NCBI GenBank assembly: GCA_050302075.1
Contig: JBNLAH010000005.1
Location: 132,288-196,287 of the forward strand
Length of the DNA: 64,000 bases
Reading direction: 5' to 3'
From: Parachlamydiales bacterium
GTDB taxonomy: Bacteria > Chlamydiota > Chlamydiia > Chlamydiales > SM23-39
Shown here: positions 1 through 9,700 of the stretch, piece by piece
How the letters are laid out: each line of letters starts with the position of its first letter
Position numbering within the stretch: the first letter of the stretch is position 1
Notes under the pieces: model-generated
Told to the model about the DNA's origin: nothing
Databases searched by the model: none
What the model saw: the letters and a program-made list of their open reading frames with translations, nothing else
Made by a program: the position numbers and the translations under genes

Positions 1-192
1 AATCCTATTGATTTGACTCAAAAAGGTAAAAAACTAGCAAAATCAAGTAAAAAAAGGCATGAAACCATCTATTCATTTTTATTAAAAATAGGGGTTTCAA
101 AACAAAATGCCCAAAATGATGTCGAGGGGATTGAGCATCATATAAGTGATGAAACATTATCTAGAATAACAGACCTTTTAAAAAAACTTTAG
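1..192 (+). CDS. 3' end of a DtxR/MntR-family metal-dependent transcriptional regulator (5' end outside window)
   Basis: Frame 1 is open from base 1 to TAG at 190-192: NPIDLTQKGKKLAKSSKKRHETIYSFLLKIGVSKQNAQNDVEGIEHHISDETLSRITDLLKKL. The LT.KG...RH..l..FL..lGV......D.EgIEH..S pattern is typical of DtxR-type repressors. Confidence 0.55.
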   Translation, partial: NPIDLTQKGKKLAKSSKKRHETIYSFLLKIGVSKQNAQNDVEGIEHHISDETLSRITDLLKKL

Positions 193-284
193 GACACTAG
201 CTATACTTTATATCTGATTAGCAAAGAAAATTAATATTAAAGTTCTCCTTGTGATAAAATGATGAAAACGAAGGGGAGGTTGCT

Positions 285-1193
285 TTGGATTTTTTAGAGG
301 GCGTAAAGCAGTTTGTTGATCACTTGAAGTTTGTTAAAAATGTATCTGAGCATACCATTAGGTCATATAATATTGACCTTAACTTTTTTTACTCAGAGCT
401 TTCTAAAAAATATAGTTCTTTAAAAATTGAAATGGTGAAAAAACTTGATGTCAGGGATTTTTTAAACATTCTTTATATAAAAAAAGAAAAAGTAGCTACG
501 ATTTCACGTAGACTTTCTACTTTAAGGTCTTTTTATAGGTTTGCATTAAAAAACGAATGGATAAAAGAAAATCCACTTATTGAGATCCATTCGCCAAAAA
601 GTGAAAAAAAACTCCCAGTTACTCTTACATATTCACAAGTTGAAAGCTTACTCCAACAGCCAGATTTAACTTCTTATCTAGGTTTTAGGGATCGAGCTAT
701 CATGGAACTTTTCTATAGCTCAGGTCTTAGACTTTCAGAATTAGTTTCATTGAATAGAGATGATTTGAACCTTTCGCAGTTGATGGTCAAGGTAAAAGGA
801 AAGGGTAAAAAACAAAGGGTAATTCCAATCACACAAACTGCAAAAAAATGGATTTTGGAATATTTGCAACATCCTCTAAGACAACTAGATTCCAAAGAAC
901 ATAAAGCTCAAGTCGACTCAAAAGCCGTGTTTTTGAATAAGTGGGGAAAGCGAATCTCGCCTAGGTCAATTGATAGAAATTTTAATAAATATTTATTGAT
1001 GTCCAACCTTTCTACGAAAGTGACCCCTCATAAAATTAGACATACGATAGCAACTCATTGGCTGGAAAATGGTATGGATTTAAAAACAATTCAGCAATTA
1101 TTGGGACATGAAGTCTTATCTACAACTACAATCTATACACATGTCTCGACAAAACTTAAGAAAGAAGTCTATAAAAAAACTTTTTCTAGATAA
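285..1193 (+). CDS. xerC: Tyrosine site-specific recombinase XerC (chromosome dimer resolution)
   Basis: TTG start 5 nt after a GGGGAGG RBS. Has the N-terminal SAM-like core-binding domain. C-terminal catalytic motifs: RDRAIMELFYSSGLRLSELV, GKGKKQRVIP, HKIRHTIATHWLENGMDLKTIQQLLGHEVLSTTTIYTHV. WGKRISPRSIDRNF resembles E. coli XerC more than XerD. Confidence 0.85.
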   Translation: MDFLEGVKQFVDHLKFVKNVSEHTIRSYNIDLNFFYSELSKKYSSLKIEMVKKLDVRDFLNILYIKKEKVATISRRLSTLRSFYRFALKNEWIKENPLIEIHSPKSEKKLPVTLTYSQVESLLQQPDLTSYLGFRDRAIMELFYSSGLRLSELVSLNRDDLNLSQLMVKVKGKGKKQRVIPITQTAKKWILEYLQHPLRQLDSKEHKAQVDSKAVFLNKWGKRISPRSIDRNFNKYLLMSNLSTKVTPHKIRHTIATHWLENGMDLKTIQQLLGHEVLSTTTIYTHVSTKLKKEVYKKTFSR

Positions 1194-1199
1194 AAAAAA

Positions 1200-1218
1200 G
1201 GGCAGATTAAATCTGCCC
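1200..1218. terminator. Intrinsic terminator hairpin between convergent xerC and rnpB
   Basis: GGGCAGAT-taa-ATCTGCCC, an 8-bp stem. An A-run lies on the + side, which reads as a T-run on the minus strand after the rnpB 3' end. Confidence 0.7.
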
Positions 1219-1220
1219 TT

Positions 1221-1565
1221 CGGAAAAACTGTAAGCCGGATTCTGTAAGCAATAAGGTTGCTTTGCAGTCATTCATCTAGGGATTTTGTCGCCAAAATCC
1301 TCAAGCGATCTACTTAAGCTAAAGCCTGGAGACAGCTTATATTAGCTATATTTGATCTTGCTTCAGATGGGGTTTATAATCATTCTTAAGTTGCCTTAAG
1401 AGGCTCGGCTCTTTAAGCCGAGTTTTCACTCTGTCCACAATGTGGCGATTTGTTTTCTGTTACACTTTCCGTAGCCTTTCGGCCCCCAGTATTTCGCTGG
1501 CATCCTCTCCTGTGAAGTCCAGACTTTCCTCTTTTAGAAGTCTAAAAGCGACTGCACGTTTTTCC
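1221..1565 (-). ncRNA. rnpB: RNase P RNA, bacterial type A
   Basis: The minus strand reads GGAAAAACGUGCAGUCGC...AGAGGAAAGUCUGGACUUCACAGG...GAUGCCAG...ACGGAAAGUGUAACAGAAAACA...CUAGAUGAAUGACUGC...ACAGAAUCCGGCUUACAGUUUUUCC. This matches the universally conserved GAGGAAAGUCCGG, AGAUGAAUGACUG and ACAGAAcCCGGCUUA blocks. P1 pairing GGAAAAAC/GUUUUUCC defines the ends (+/- a few nt). Confidence 0.92.
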
Positions 1566-2330
1566 TTAAACTTTTGCAAGCCTGCGTCTTCTTCTTTTTG
1601 TTGAATCCGTACCTTCTGTAGGTTCTATTTCTGACCAGAAGTGTATTCTAGAGCAGTGTTCACAGAAAATTAATCTTTCGCCTTTTCTGACCAGGTTCTC
1701 GTGTTGAGCTGTTAAGCTGATGTGGCACCCGCTACAAGTTCTATTTTCAATAGGGACTATTACTCTGTCTTTTTTGTTTTGCAGTAGTCTTTCATAGATT
1801 TTTAGCACTTCTTCGTCAGCACCTTGAGCTAGAACATCTCTTTTGAGTTTGAGTTCTTTGCCTTCCGTATTAATTGTCTGGATTGAAGCCCTAATTTCAC
1901 TTAATAGGGTTTGAGAGCTCTCTTCAGATTCTTTTAAAGATCCTTTGATCTTTTCTAAGATCTCTTCTTCTAAATTTCTTTTGTCGATTAAGTCAGATGC
2001 AATCTGTTCAGTTGCTGACTTTTCCCTTTCAGATTGAGTAAGTTCTTGGGTTAAGGCATTAAATTCATCAACCTTTTTAACATTTAATTGTTTGGCTTCA
2101 AGTTGCTTGATTCTCTCTTCAATTTCAACAATCTTAGTTTCTTGATTGGAAATATTCTGGTTAAGTTCAGATATTTCATTTTCTTTTTCTTCTAGCTGAG
2201 CTTGAAGATCTCGGCGAAGTGAGTCAATATGGTCCAGTTCCTTTTGGCGCTCTTTTTTTAGGCGCATTAGGCGGATCATCTTCATATCAAATTCTTGTAT
2301 ATCAATAATTTTTTTTAAACTTTCTAGCAT
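1566..2330 (-). CDS. Coiled-coil plus C4 zinc-ribbon protein (DUF164; C. trachomatis CT398/CdsZ, H. pylori HP0958 family)
   Basis: About 190 aa of heptad-rich coiled coil, then CSGCHISLTAQHENLVRKGERLIFCEHCSRI (CxxC...CxxC zinc ribbon). This architecture is diagnostic of the family. Confidence 0.8.
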   Translation of the reverse strand: MLESLKKIIDIQEFDMKMIRLMRLKKERQKELDHIDSLRRDLQAQLEEKENEISELNQNISNQETKIVEIEERIKQLEAKQLNVKKVDEFNALTQELTQSEREKSATEQIASDLIDKRNLEEEILEKIKGSLKESEESSQTLLSEIRASIQTINTEGKELKLKRDVLAQGADEEVLKIYERLLQNKKDRVIVPIENRTCSGCHISLTAQHENLVRKGERLIFCEHCSRIHFWSEIEPTEGTDSTKRRRRRLAKV

Positions 2331-2612
2331 ATTACCTCAGAGGATCAGAATAAGAGTTTTATATTTATGACGTCACAAGAACTTTATATCTATTTAGAGA
2401 TTCATTCAAGACAAAATCTTTTTTCAATGGCCAAAAAGGATGAAAAGATGTTTGTAAATTTTTTACTTACATCAACTTTGGCTAAAAGCAAATTGCAACG
2501 TAGCGATCAAACACTTCTTGTTTAAAACCGTCTAAATCTAGTAGATTTAAGGTTCAAATGCAATTTCGCTTCAAAAAAAGTTATTCAAAGCTTGAATTCA
2601 GAGGAGTTTTTA

Positions 2613-4133
2613 ATGGGATTTTTAAATAGGTATCTAGAAAACATACCAAAAGAAAGTAGAAGTTCAAAGGCTATTGCCTTTATGGCCTCATTAGATGCAA
2701 TTCAACAATCTCATCCATTAATTAGCAAAGAGATTGTAAAAGAGCTCTTTGACCAAAGGTCCCATTTGAAACTGATTGCATCGGAGAATTTTAGTTCATT
2801 AGAAGTCCAGTTAGCAATGGGCAACCTTTTTACCGATAAATATAGTGAAGGGTTTGTAGACCACCGCTTTTATGCAGGATGCGAACAAGTAGATAATATC
2901 GAAAGACATGCAAATAACTTAGCAAAAGAGCTTTTTAATGCCGAGCATGCTTATGTACAGCCTCATTCGGGAGCTGATGCTAATCTTGTTGCTCTGTGGT
3001 CTGTATTAGTTCAAAGAGTTCAGAGTAAAGAGTTGGAAAGGCTTTCTCAAAAAACAATAGATGAGCTTACTGATGAAGAACATGAGCAAGTTAGAACTGC
3101 TTTGGTTTCCCAAAAAGTTATGGGAATGTCTTTAAACTCTGGAGGACACTTAACTCATGGATATCGTCATAATGTAACAGCTAAAATGATGCATTCATTT
3201 CCTTATGATGTTGATCCAGAAACCGGTTTAATTGATTATGCAGCTTTACAAAAACAAGCAGAGGAAGTTAGGCCATTAATTTTAATTGCAGGGTATTCTT
3301 CTTACCCCAGATTAATTGACTTTGCAAAAATGAGGGAAATTGCAGACTCTGTTGGAGCAGTTCTTTTAGTCGACATGGCCCATTTTGCTGGGTTAGTAGC
3401 AGGTAAGGTAATTCAAGGGAATTATAACCCTATACCTTTTGCGCATATTGTGACTTCGACTACACATAAGACTCTTAGAGGGCCTAGAGGGGGACTTATC
3501 TTATGCACAAATGAATTTAAGGAAGTTGTTGATAAGGGATGTCCATTGGTTTTAGGCGGGCCAATGCCTCATGTAATAGCTGCAAAAGCAGTTGCATTCG
3601 AAGAGGCAAAAAGACCAGAGTTTAGCTTATATGCTCATCAGATTGTTAAAAACTCTAAAGCTTTGGCAGAAGAATTGGCTAAGCAAGGGGGGCCTTTAGT
3701 TAGTAATGGCACTGATAATCACTTGATTGTTATGGATGTGCAAAAGGGTTTCGGAGTTTCAGGAAGACAGGCTGAGCTTGCTTTAAGAAAGGCAATGTTG
3801 ACTTGTAACCGCAATTCTATTCCATGTGACAAAAATGGACCATGGTACACTTCTGGAATAAGACTTGGAACAGCTGCCGTCACAACGCTTGGAATGAAAG
3901 AAGATCAAATGACTGAGATTGCAAAAATTATCGCTCAGGTTTTAAAATCTACAACGCCTACTAATACGAAAGAAGGTAAGTTGTCTAAAGCAAAATTTGA
4001 GATTGAGGATAAAATTTTACAACAATCTCAAAAACAAGTAGAAGAAATATTAAAAGGATTTCCTCTTTATCCTGAATTGAGCATTTTTGAGGAAAATACC
4101 TTGAAAAAAACTGAAACTGCAAGCAAATTATGA
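2613..4133 (+). CDS. glyA: Serine hydroxymethyltransferase
   Basis: [53 protein letters not shown] (PLP-lysine motif). I prefer ATG 2613, 6 nt after GAGGAG, over the upstream TTG 2592. Has an N-terminal extension and a ~40-aa insertion, as I recall for chlamydial GlyA. Confidence 0.93.
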   Translation: MGFLNRYLENIPKESRSSKAIAFMASLDAIQQSHPLISKEIVKELFDQRSHLKLIASENFSSLEVQLAMGNLFTDKYSEGFVDHRFYAGCEQVDNIERHANNLAKELFNAEHAYVQPHSGADANLVALWSVLVQRVQSKELERLSQKTIDELTDEEHEQVRTALVSQKVMGMSLNSGGHLTHGYRHNVTAKMMHSFPYDVDPETGLIDYAALQKQAEEVRPLILIAGYSSYPRLIDFAKMREIADSVGAVLLVDMAHFAGLVAGKVIQGNYNPIPFAHIVTSTTHKTLRGPRGGLILCTNEFKEVVDKGCPLVLGGPMPHVIAAKAVAFEEAKRPEFSLYAHQIVKNSKALAEELAKQGGPLVSNGTDNHLIVMDVQKGFGVSGRQAELALRKAMLTCNRNSIPCDKNGPWYTSGIRLGTAAVTTLGMKEDQMTEIAKIIAQVLKSTTPTNTKEGKLSKAKFEIEDKILQQSQKQVEEILKGFPLYPELSIFEENTLKKTETASKL

Positions 4134-4152
4134 GTTAGATATAGGGGATTTT

Positions 4153-4743
4153 ATGCCAGAAAACGAATTAAAAAGTCTAGAAGACAGAATAGAAAAGGCT
4201 CAACTTTCAAACAGAAGAGTATTCTTATCTGATCAAGTTGATCAAAATAGTGCTAAAGATATTATTAGGAAGCTTTGGTATCTTGAGTGGGAAAATCCTG
4301 GTAAACCAATTCTTTTTATAATCAACTCACCTGGAGGGTCTGTTGATGCTGGTTTTGCAATCTGGGATACTGTCAAACTGCTATCGAGTCCCGTTATAAC
4401 TTTAGTTACTGGACTGGCAGCTTCTATGGGCTCACTTTTAAGTTTGTCTGCAACTAAAGGTAAGCGACTAGCGACACCTTATGCCAGAATCATGATTCAC
4501 CAGCCATTGATCGGTGGTGTTATTAAAGGTCAAGCAACAGATCTAGAAATCCAAGCAAAAGAGATGCTTAAAACCAGATCAATCATTGTTAGTATCTACG
4601 CTGAATCTACAGGTAAAACTAAAGAGGAGATTGATCGATCATTGGACAGGGACAACTGGATGACAAGTGACGAAGCTAAAGATTTTGGTCTTCTAGATGG
4701 GATAGTCTCAAGTGGAAAAGACTTAGAGAAGTTCTTAAAATAA
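4153..4743 (+). CDS. clpP: ATP-dependent Clp protease proteolytic subunit (ClpP1-type, not linked to clpX)
   Basis: [18 protein letters not shown] (active-site Ser), IMIHQP (His), DRDNWM (Asp). The glyA-clpP-dapF order matches C. trachomatis CT432-CT430 as I recall it. Confidence 0.92.
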   Translation: MPENELKSLEDRIEKAQLSNRRVFLSDQVDQNSAKDIIRKLWYLEWENPGKPILFIINSPGGSVDAGFAIWDTVKLLSSPVITLVTGLAASMGSLLSLSATKGKRLATPYARIMIHQPLIGGVIKGQATDLEIQAKEMLKTRSIIVSIYAESTGKTKEEIDRSLDRDNWMTSDEAKDFGLLDGIVSSGKDLEKFLK

Positions 4744-4747
4744 TTTA

Positions 4748-5581
4748 ATGTCTTATCCATTTTTTTTCAAATATCAACAATCTGGAAATGACTTTGTAAT
4801 TTTAGATGATAGAGCTACTTTATTTCCGTTAAGTAGTTCCTTCATTAGTCATATCTGCGATCGAAAATTTGGAGTTGGTGCTGATGGGTTGATCTTACTT
4901 CAAAATTCCATTAAGAATGATTTCAAGATGCGAATCTTTAATTCGGATGGAAATGAGGCTGAAAGTTGCGGAAATGGAATTTGCTGCCTTGCTAAATTTA
5001 TCAAAGACCAAAGCCTAATGCTTGACGAGAAAGTCACTTTAGAGTTGACTGACTCGTTAGTAAATATTATTTATAGAGATAATGACATTTTGGTTCAAAT
5101 GGGTAGGCCTTCTGAATTTAAATTTAATCAAACAATTAGCATTGATAAAGGGGATTTAACTTACCACTTTATGAATACAGGTGTTCCTCACTTTGTATCA
5201 TTTATTGAGAATGTTAGAAATTTTGATTTAAAGCAAATTGGGCCCAGCATTAGAAACCACGAGAATTTTATGCCAAGCGGTACAAATGTTAATTTTGCTG
5301 AGTTAAATAAAGATCAGGAAATTGCTGTTAGAACATATGAGAGAGGGGTTGAAGGGGAGACCTTAGCTTGTGGTACCGGTGCATGCGCTGTAGCATTAAT
5401 AGCCTCTTTTATATATAATCTACCGAGCCCTATTAAAATTTGTCATCCGGGTGGAAAACTAACGGTTCATTTTGAAAGAAATCAAGATGATTTTAAAAAT
5501 GTATCAATAGTTGGTCGAGCTGAAAAAGTTTATAGTGGGCAGTTGATAATGAACAATAATGATGGAGAAACGATATGTTAA
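4748..5581 (+). CDS. dapF: Diaminopimelate epimerase
   Basis: Two catalytic Cys motifs: NSDGNEAESCGNG and ETLACGTGACAVAL. Length is 277 aa. Confidence 0.9.
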   Translation: MSYPFFFKYQQSGNDFVILDDRATLFPLSSSFISHICDRKFGVGADGLILLQNSIKNDFKMRIFNSDGNEAESCGNGICCLAKFIKDQSLMLDEKVTLELTDSLVNIIYRDNDILVQMGRPSEFKFNQTISIDKGDLTYHFMNTGVPHFVSFIENVRNFDLKQIGPSIRNHENFMPSGTNVNFAELNKDQEIAVRTYERGVEGETLACGTGACAVALIASFIYNLPSPIKICHPGGKLTVHFERNQDDFKNVSIVGRAEKVYSGQLIMNNNDGETIC

Positions 5582-6699
5582 TTGGAATTCCTAAGGAAGT
5601 AAAAGCCAGCGAATTTAGAGTTGGAGCTACTCCGCATACGGCCGCAGCTCTTATAAAAGCAGGTCACAAAGTTTTTATTGAAAAAGATGCTGGGAAAGCA
5701 ATTGGATTCACAAATGAACAATATACTTCGATTGGCGCTGAGATCAAAAATACAGCTAAGGAAATATATGAACAAGCTGAAATGATAATCAAAGTTAAAG
5801 AGCCTCAGCCATCCGAATTTCCGATGTTAAGAGAAGAGCAAATTCTATTCTGTTATTTGCACCTGGCACCAGATCCTGAACAAACAGAAGCATTGATTAA
5901 ACAGAAAGTTATCGGCATCGCTTATGAGACAGTTACAGATGATAGAGGACGTCTTCCTTTATTGCTCCCAATGAGTGAGGTAGCCGGAAGAGTATCTGTA
6001 CAAGCTGGTGCGACAGCTTTGCAAATGGTAAATGGTGGAAGAGGGGTTCTTTTAGGTGGTATTCCAGGGGTTAAGCCAGGTAAGGTAGTAGTTCTAGGTG
6101 GTGGAATTGTTGGAACAGAGGCAATGCGAATGGCATTAGGCCTTGGAGCTGATGTAACAATATTTGATGTTAATTTTGGTAGACTGAGGGAACTTAATGA
6201 ACTTTACGCTCCAGCTTTAAAAACTAGATATTCAACTCCTGCCGCAGTTGAAGAAGAGCTAAAGGACGCAGACCTTGTGATAGGCGCCGTCTTAATTCCA
6301 GGGAAAACTGCCCCAAGGCTCATCACACAAGATATGCTTAAAAATATGCAAAAAGGAAGTGTTATTGTTGATGTTGCAATTGACCAGGGAGGTTGTGCAG
6401 AAACATCAAGGCCAACTACCCATGAAAATCCTACTTATGAAGTTGACGGGGTTGTTCACTATTGCGTTACAAATATGCCGTCTGCTTGCGCTAGGACATC
6501 AACAGAGGGATTGACCTACACAACATTGCCTCTCGCACTAAAATTGGCTAACTTAGGTTATAAACAAGCCTTAAAAGAAGATGTTCACTTAAGAAATGGG
6601 GTTAATGTATACCTAGGAAAAGTAACTAATGAGCCAGTCGCAAATGATTTAGGGTATGAATATATCCCAGTAGATAGCTTGATTTCCTCGACAAATTAA
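5575..6699 (+). CDS. ald: L-alanine dehydrogenase
   Basis: MLIGIPKEVKASEFRVGATP N-terminus and the VVLGGGIVGTEA Rossmann motif. The 374-aa length and overall pattern fit the AlaDH/PNT family. The start overlaps the dapF stop by 7 nt. Confidence 0.88.
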   Translation: MLIGIPKEVKASEFRVGATPHTAAALIKAGHKVFIEKDAGKAIGFTNEQYTSIGAEIKNTAKEIYEQAEMIIKVKEPQPSEFPMLREEQILFCYLHLAPDPEQTEALIKQKVIGIAYETVTDDRGRLPLLLPMSEVAGRVSVQAGATALQMVNGGRGVLLGGIPGVKPGKVVVLGGGIVGTEAMRMALGLGADVTIFDVNFGRLRELNELYAPALKTRYSTPAAVEEELKDADLVIGAVLIPGKTAPRLITQDMLKNMQKGSVIVDVAIDQGGCAETSRPTTHENPTYEVDGVVHYCVTNMPSACARTSTEGLTYTTLPLALKLANLGYKQALKEDVHLRNGVNVYLGKVTNEPVANDLGYEYIPVDSLISSTN

Positions 6700-6741
6700 T
6701 AATAAGTTATTAAAAAACGAAGTTAGGGGTTTTGTATTTTT

Positions 6742-9700
6742 ATGTCTATTCCTAGCTTCGCGATAAAATATAACGATCTGGCTAGAAAGCTTATCTCAGA
6801 AAAAAATGTTAAAGACATCATATTCTCAGATGGAAGCTATCAAGTAGGGGTGTATGACAACGTAGAAAAAATGCTCTTCTGGCCCTTCATTCAGCTTGAT
6901 GATAAAGCAAACGTAAGGGATGCATTTTGCAGTTGTTATACCTCTGAAGAAAAAGGAGAGTGCGTTCATTTAGCTGCGGCTTATTTTGTAATTTTTAAAG
7001 ACTCAAAAGAGCCGTTAGCTAATCGGTATTATCGTTCGTTCTTTCATCAATTATGTCTTTTGTCATGTATCAGAATTGGACCAGATCCAGATAGTTTAAA
7101 AAAAATTACAGATGATACTTTTCTTTATACCTCCAAAACAAATAAACAATTATTTAGGGTTTATTTGGAGGATAAAAAATCTAAAAAGAAGTTTAAGGAA
7201 ATTATACAGCCAGAGACACTAAGTAATGAAACAACTTCTTTAAAATACTCCCAAATCACGGAAGAAGAGTTAAAGCTTTGGAAAGAAGGTAAAGCCAGTA
7301 AAGATATTACGTATGAACTATCTTTTTGGTCGGATTTAGGAAAATGGATTTATTTTCTTCAAGAGCAAGGCTATCATTATCAAGTAAATTTCAAGATGTT
7401 AGATTCAATACCCCCAAGAGAAGTTGAAATAAAATTTCAAGGGTTGTTTGAGATATTTTTTTACATCTCTGAAAGTAGCTTAAAGTATGTAATCCCATCA
7501 CTTAAGACTATTGTCTCACCAATAAAGGTAATAGAACAAACTCAGCAGCGCATTTCAGAAATAGTATTTCATGAAAAAGAGAAAGCTTTTGAAATTATCA
7601 GCAAACCGTTTGAAGAGAAGCTAGAAAAAAAAGGGTATTCAATAGGTGAGTGGGAATATATTAAGAATGTGGGGTTTTATAAAAAGTCTTTAGATCCTCT
7701 AGCTGAAAAAAAATGGATCAAACAAGAGGAAATTTCATTTTATCTCTCCGAATACCTGCAAACTTTTCAAGAAAAATTAAAGAAATATGATATTTATCCC
7801 CATGGGATAGAACCTAGCTATCACCTTTTTTTTGATGAAAAAGGCAATTTACATATTCAGATGTATATTTTTGATTTAAAGATATGCTTTGAAGAAGAAA
7901 CTTTTCTATCTTGCCCGTGGCTTTTCCTAAAAGATAAAGGGTTTTACTTACTAAAAGATCCAATGTTTTTTAATATTGAGACTGTAGTCAAAAAAAATGA
8001 AATATCAGATTTTATTCACAAACACCGATTATGGCTTCATCAGTTTGAGGGCTTTCATACACATTATGGAGTTTTGCCGACTCAGTTTTTTTATAAGTTG
8101 ACAAGTGATAGAGAGCTTGAATTTCTGTTAAGAATTGATTTGCCTCAAAGTCCTGATAAATTTGTAGATTTAGACGACTGGCTATATGTAGAAGGCCATG
8201 GATTTTATTTAAAGAAGGACTCGATAGGGACTTTCCCGATAAGATCAGGGCTAAAGATAAGCAAAGATGATGTATCCGAATTTATTGAATCTCATGTAAC
8301 TGAACTTGAATCTGTAAATGGTTTTTTTGCAAGTAATACACCAATTGAAGATGCAAAGTTAAAGATTTATACAGAAAATGACCAAATTGTAGTGGACCCT
8401 ATAATCCATTTTAAAAGCGGGTATGATGCTTCAAAAGTTATTTTTTTTGGTAAATATGTATATGTAGAAAATGAAGGTTTTTCAAAAATTCCTATTCAAA
8501 AAAATATTTTTGAGAGATTTTGGAAAAGGACAATAATACCTGAAGATAAGATTCTTTATTTTCTAAACTATGAGTTAGATTATCTAAGACAAAGTATTGA
8601 TTCTTTAGATAAAAGTCTCAATAAACCTGCCAGATTACACTTAAAAATAAAAAGCCTAAAAAAAGAGATCAAAAGATCCAAAATATCTTGGCTAGTAGAT
8701 TTATCATATAAATCTGACTTGGGAGAGGTAAGTGTTGTAAAGCTTTGGGAGTATATTCAGGAGAAAAGAAAATTTGCTTACACAAACGCAGGTTTTTTAA
8801 GCTTAATAGACCATAGATACAACTGGATTTCTCAAATAAACAAAAGAAAGATCAATCTTAATAAAAAATATATCAGATTAAATACACTAGAGTTTATTCG
8901 TTTGTGCATTTATGAAAAAATCAAACCGCCTAGAGGTGCATCTAAAGAAGCTAAGGCTGCAAGGGAATTCATCCAAAATATTTTTTCAATAGAAACTGAT
9001 AAAACGATTGATTTGTCATATTTAAAATCCACTTTATGGCCATATCAAGAAATGGGTGTTAAATGGCTTTGGTTTTTATATTCGTATGGACTTTCAGGGC
9101 TTTTATGTGATGACATGGGGCTTGGTAAGACTCACCAAGCAATGGCGCTCTTAAGTGCTGTTTTGTTTGTAGATTCGGACCGTACAAATAAATATCTGGT
9201 TATTTGTCCAACTTCAGTGATTTATCACTGGGAAAACCTTTTTAAAAAGTATCTACCAGAAATCAGAGTGCTGACGTATTACGGAGTTGAGAGGTCTTTA
9301 GATAATTTCGAGGATAGTTATGATTTAATCTTAACTTCTTATGGAACCCTTAGAGCCAGTATGGAAAATCTGAAGAAGTATAATTTTGAAGTTTCGATTT
9401 TCGATGAAATACAGGTAGCTAAAAATCCAAGCTCCCAAACACATAGGTCGCTAAAAGCTTTAAAATCCAGCGTTGTAATCGGTTTGACCGGTACGCCTAT
9501 TGAAAACAGTTTGAGAGAATTGAAAGCTCTATTTGATTTAATACTGCCATCTTATATGCCGTCTGATAGTGTTTTCAGAGATCTTTTTTTGAACCCAATT
9601 GAAAAAAATGAGGATAAAGAAAAAAAAGAGCTGTTATCTAAATTGATTAATCCGTTTGTGCTTAGAAGAAAAAAGGTTGATGTTTTAACAGATCTTCCAG

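Noticed and set aside
285-1193. Tyrosine recombinase as a marker of a prophage or integrative element.
   Set aside because: The sequence is XerC/XerD-like (full R..H.R..Y-type C-terminal motifs, about 300 aa). Flanking genes are housekeeping (rnpB, glyA). No att-like repeats or phage genes were seen.
2331-2612. Possible sigma54 promoter (TGGC...TTGC) near CTTTGGCTAAAAGCAAATTGCA, upstream of glyA and the RpoN-linked zinc-ribbon gene.
   Set aside because: The GG-to-GC spacing is 6 or 13 nt instead of the required 10, so it does not fit the -24/-12 geometry.
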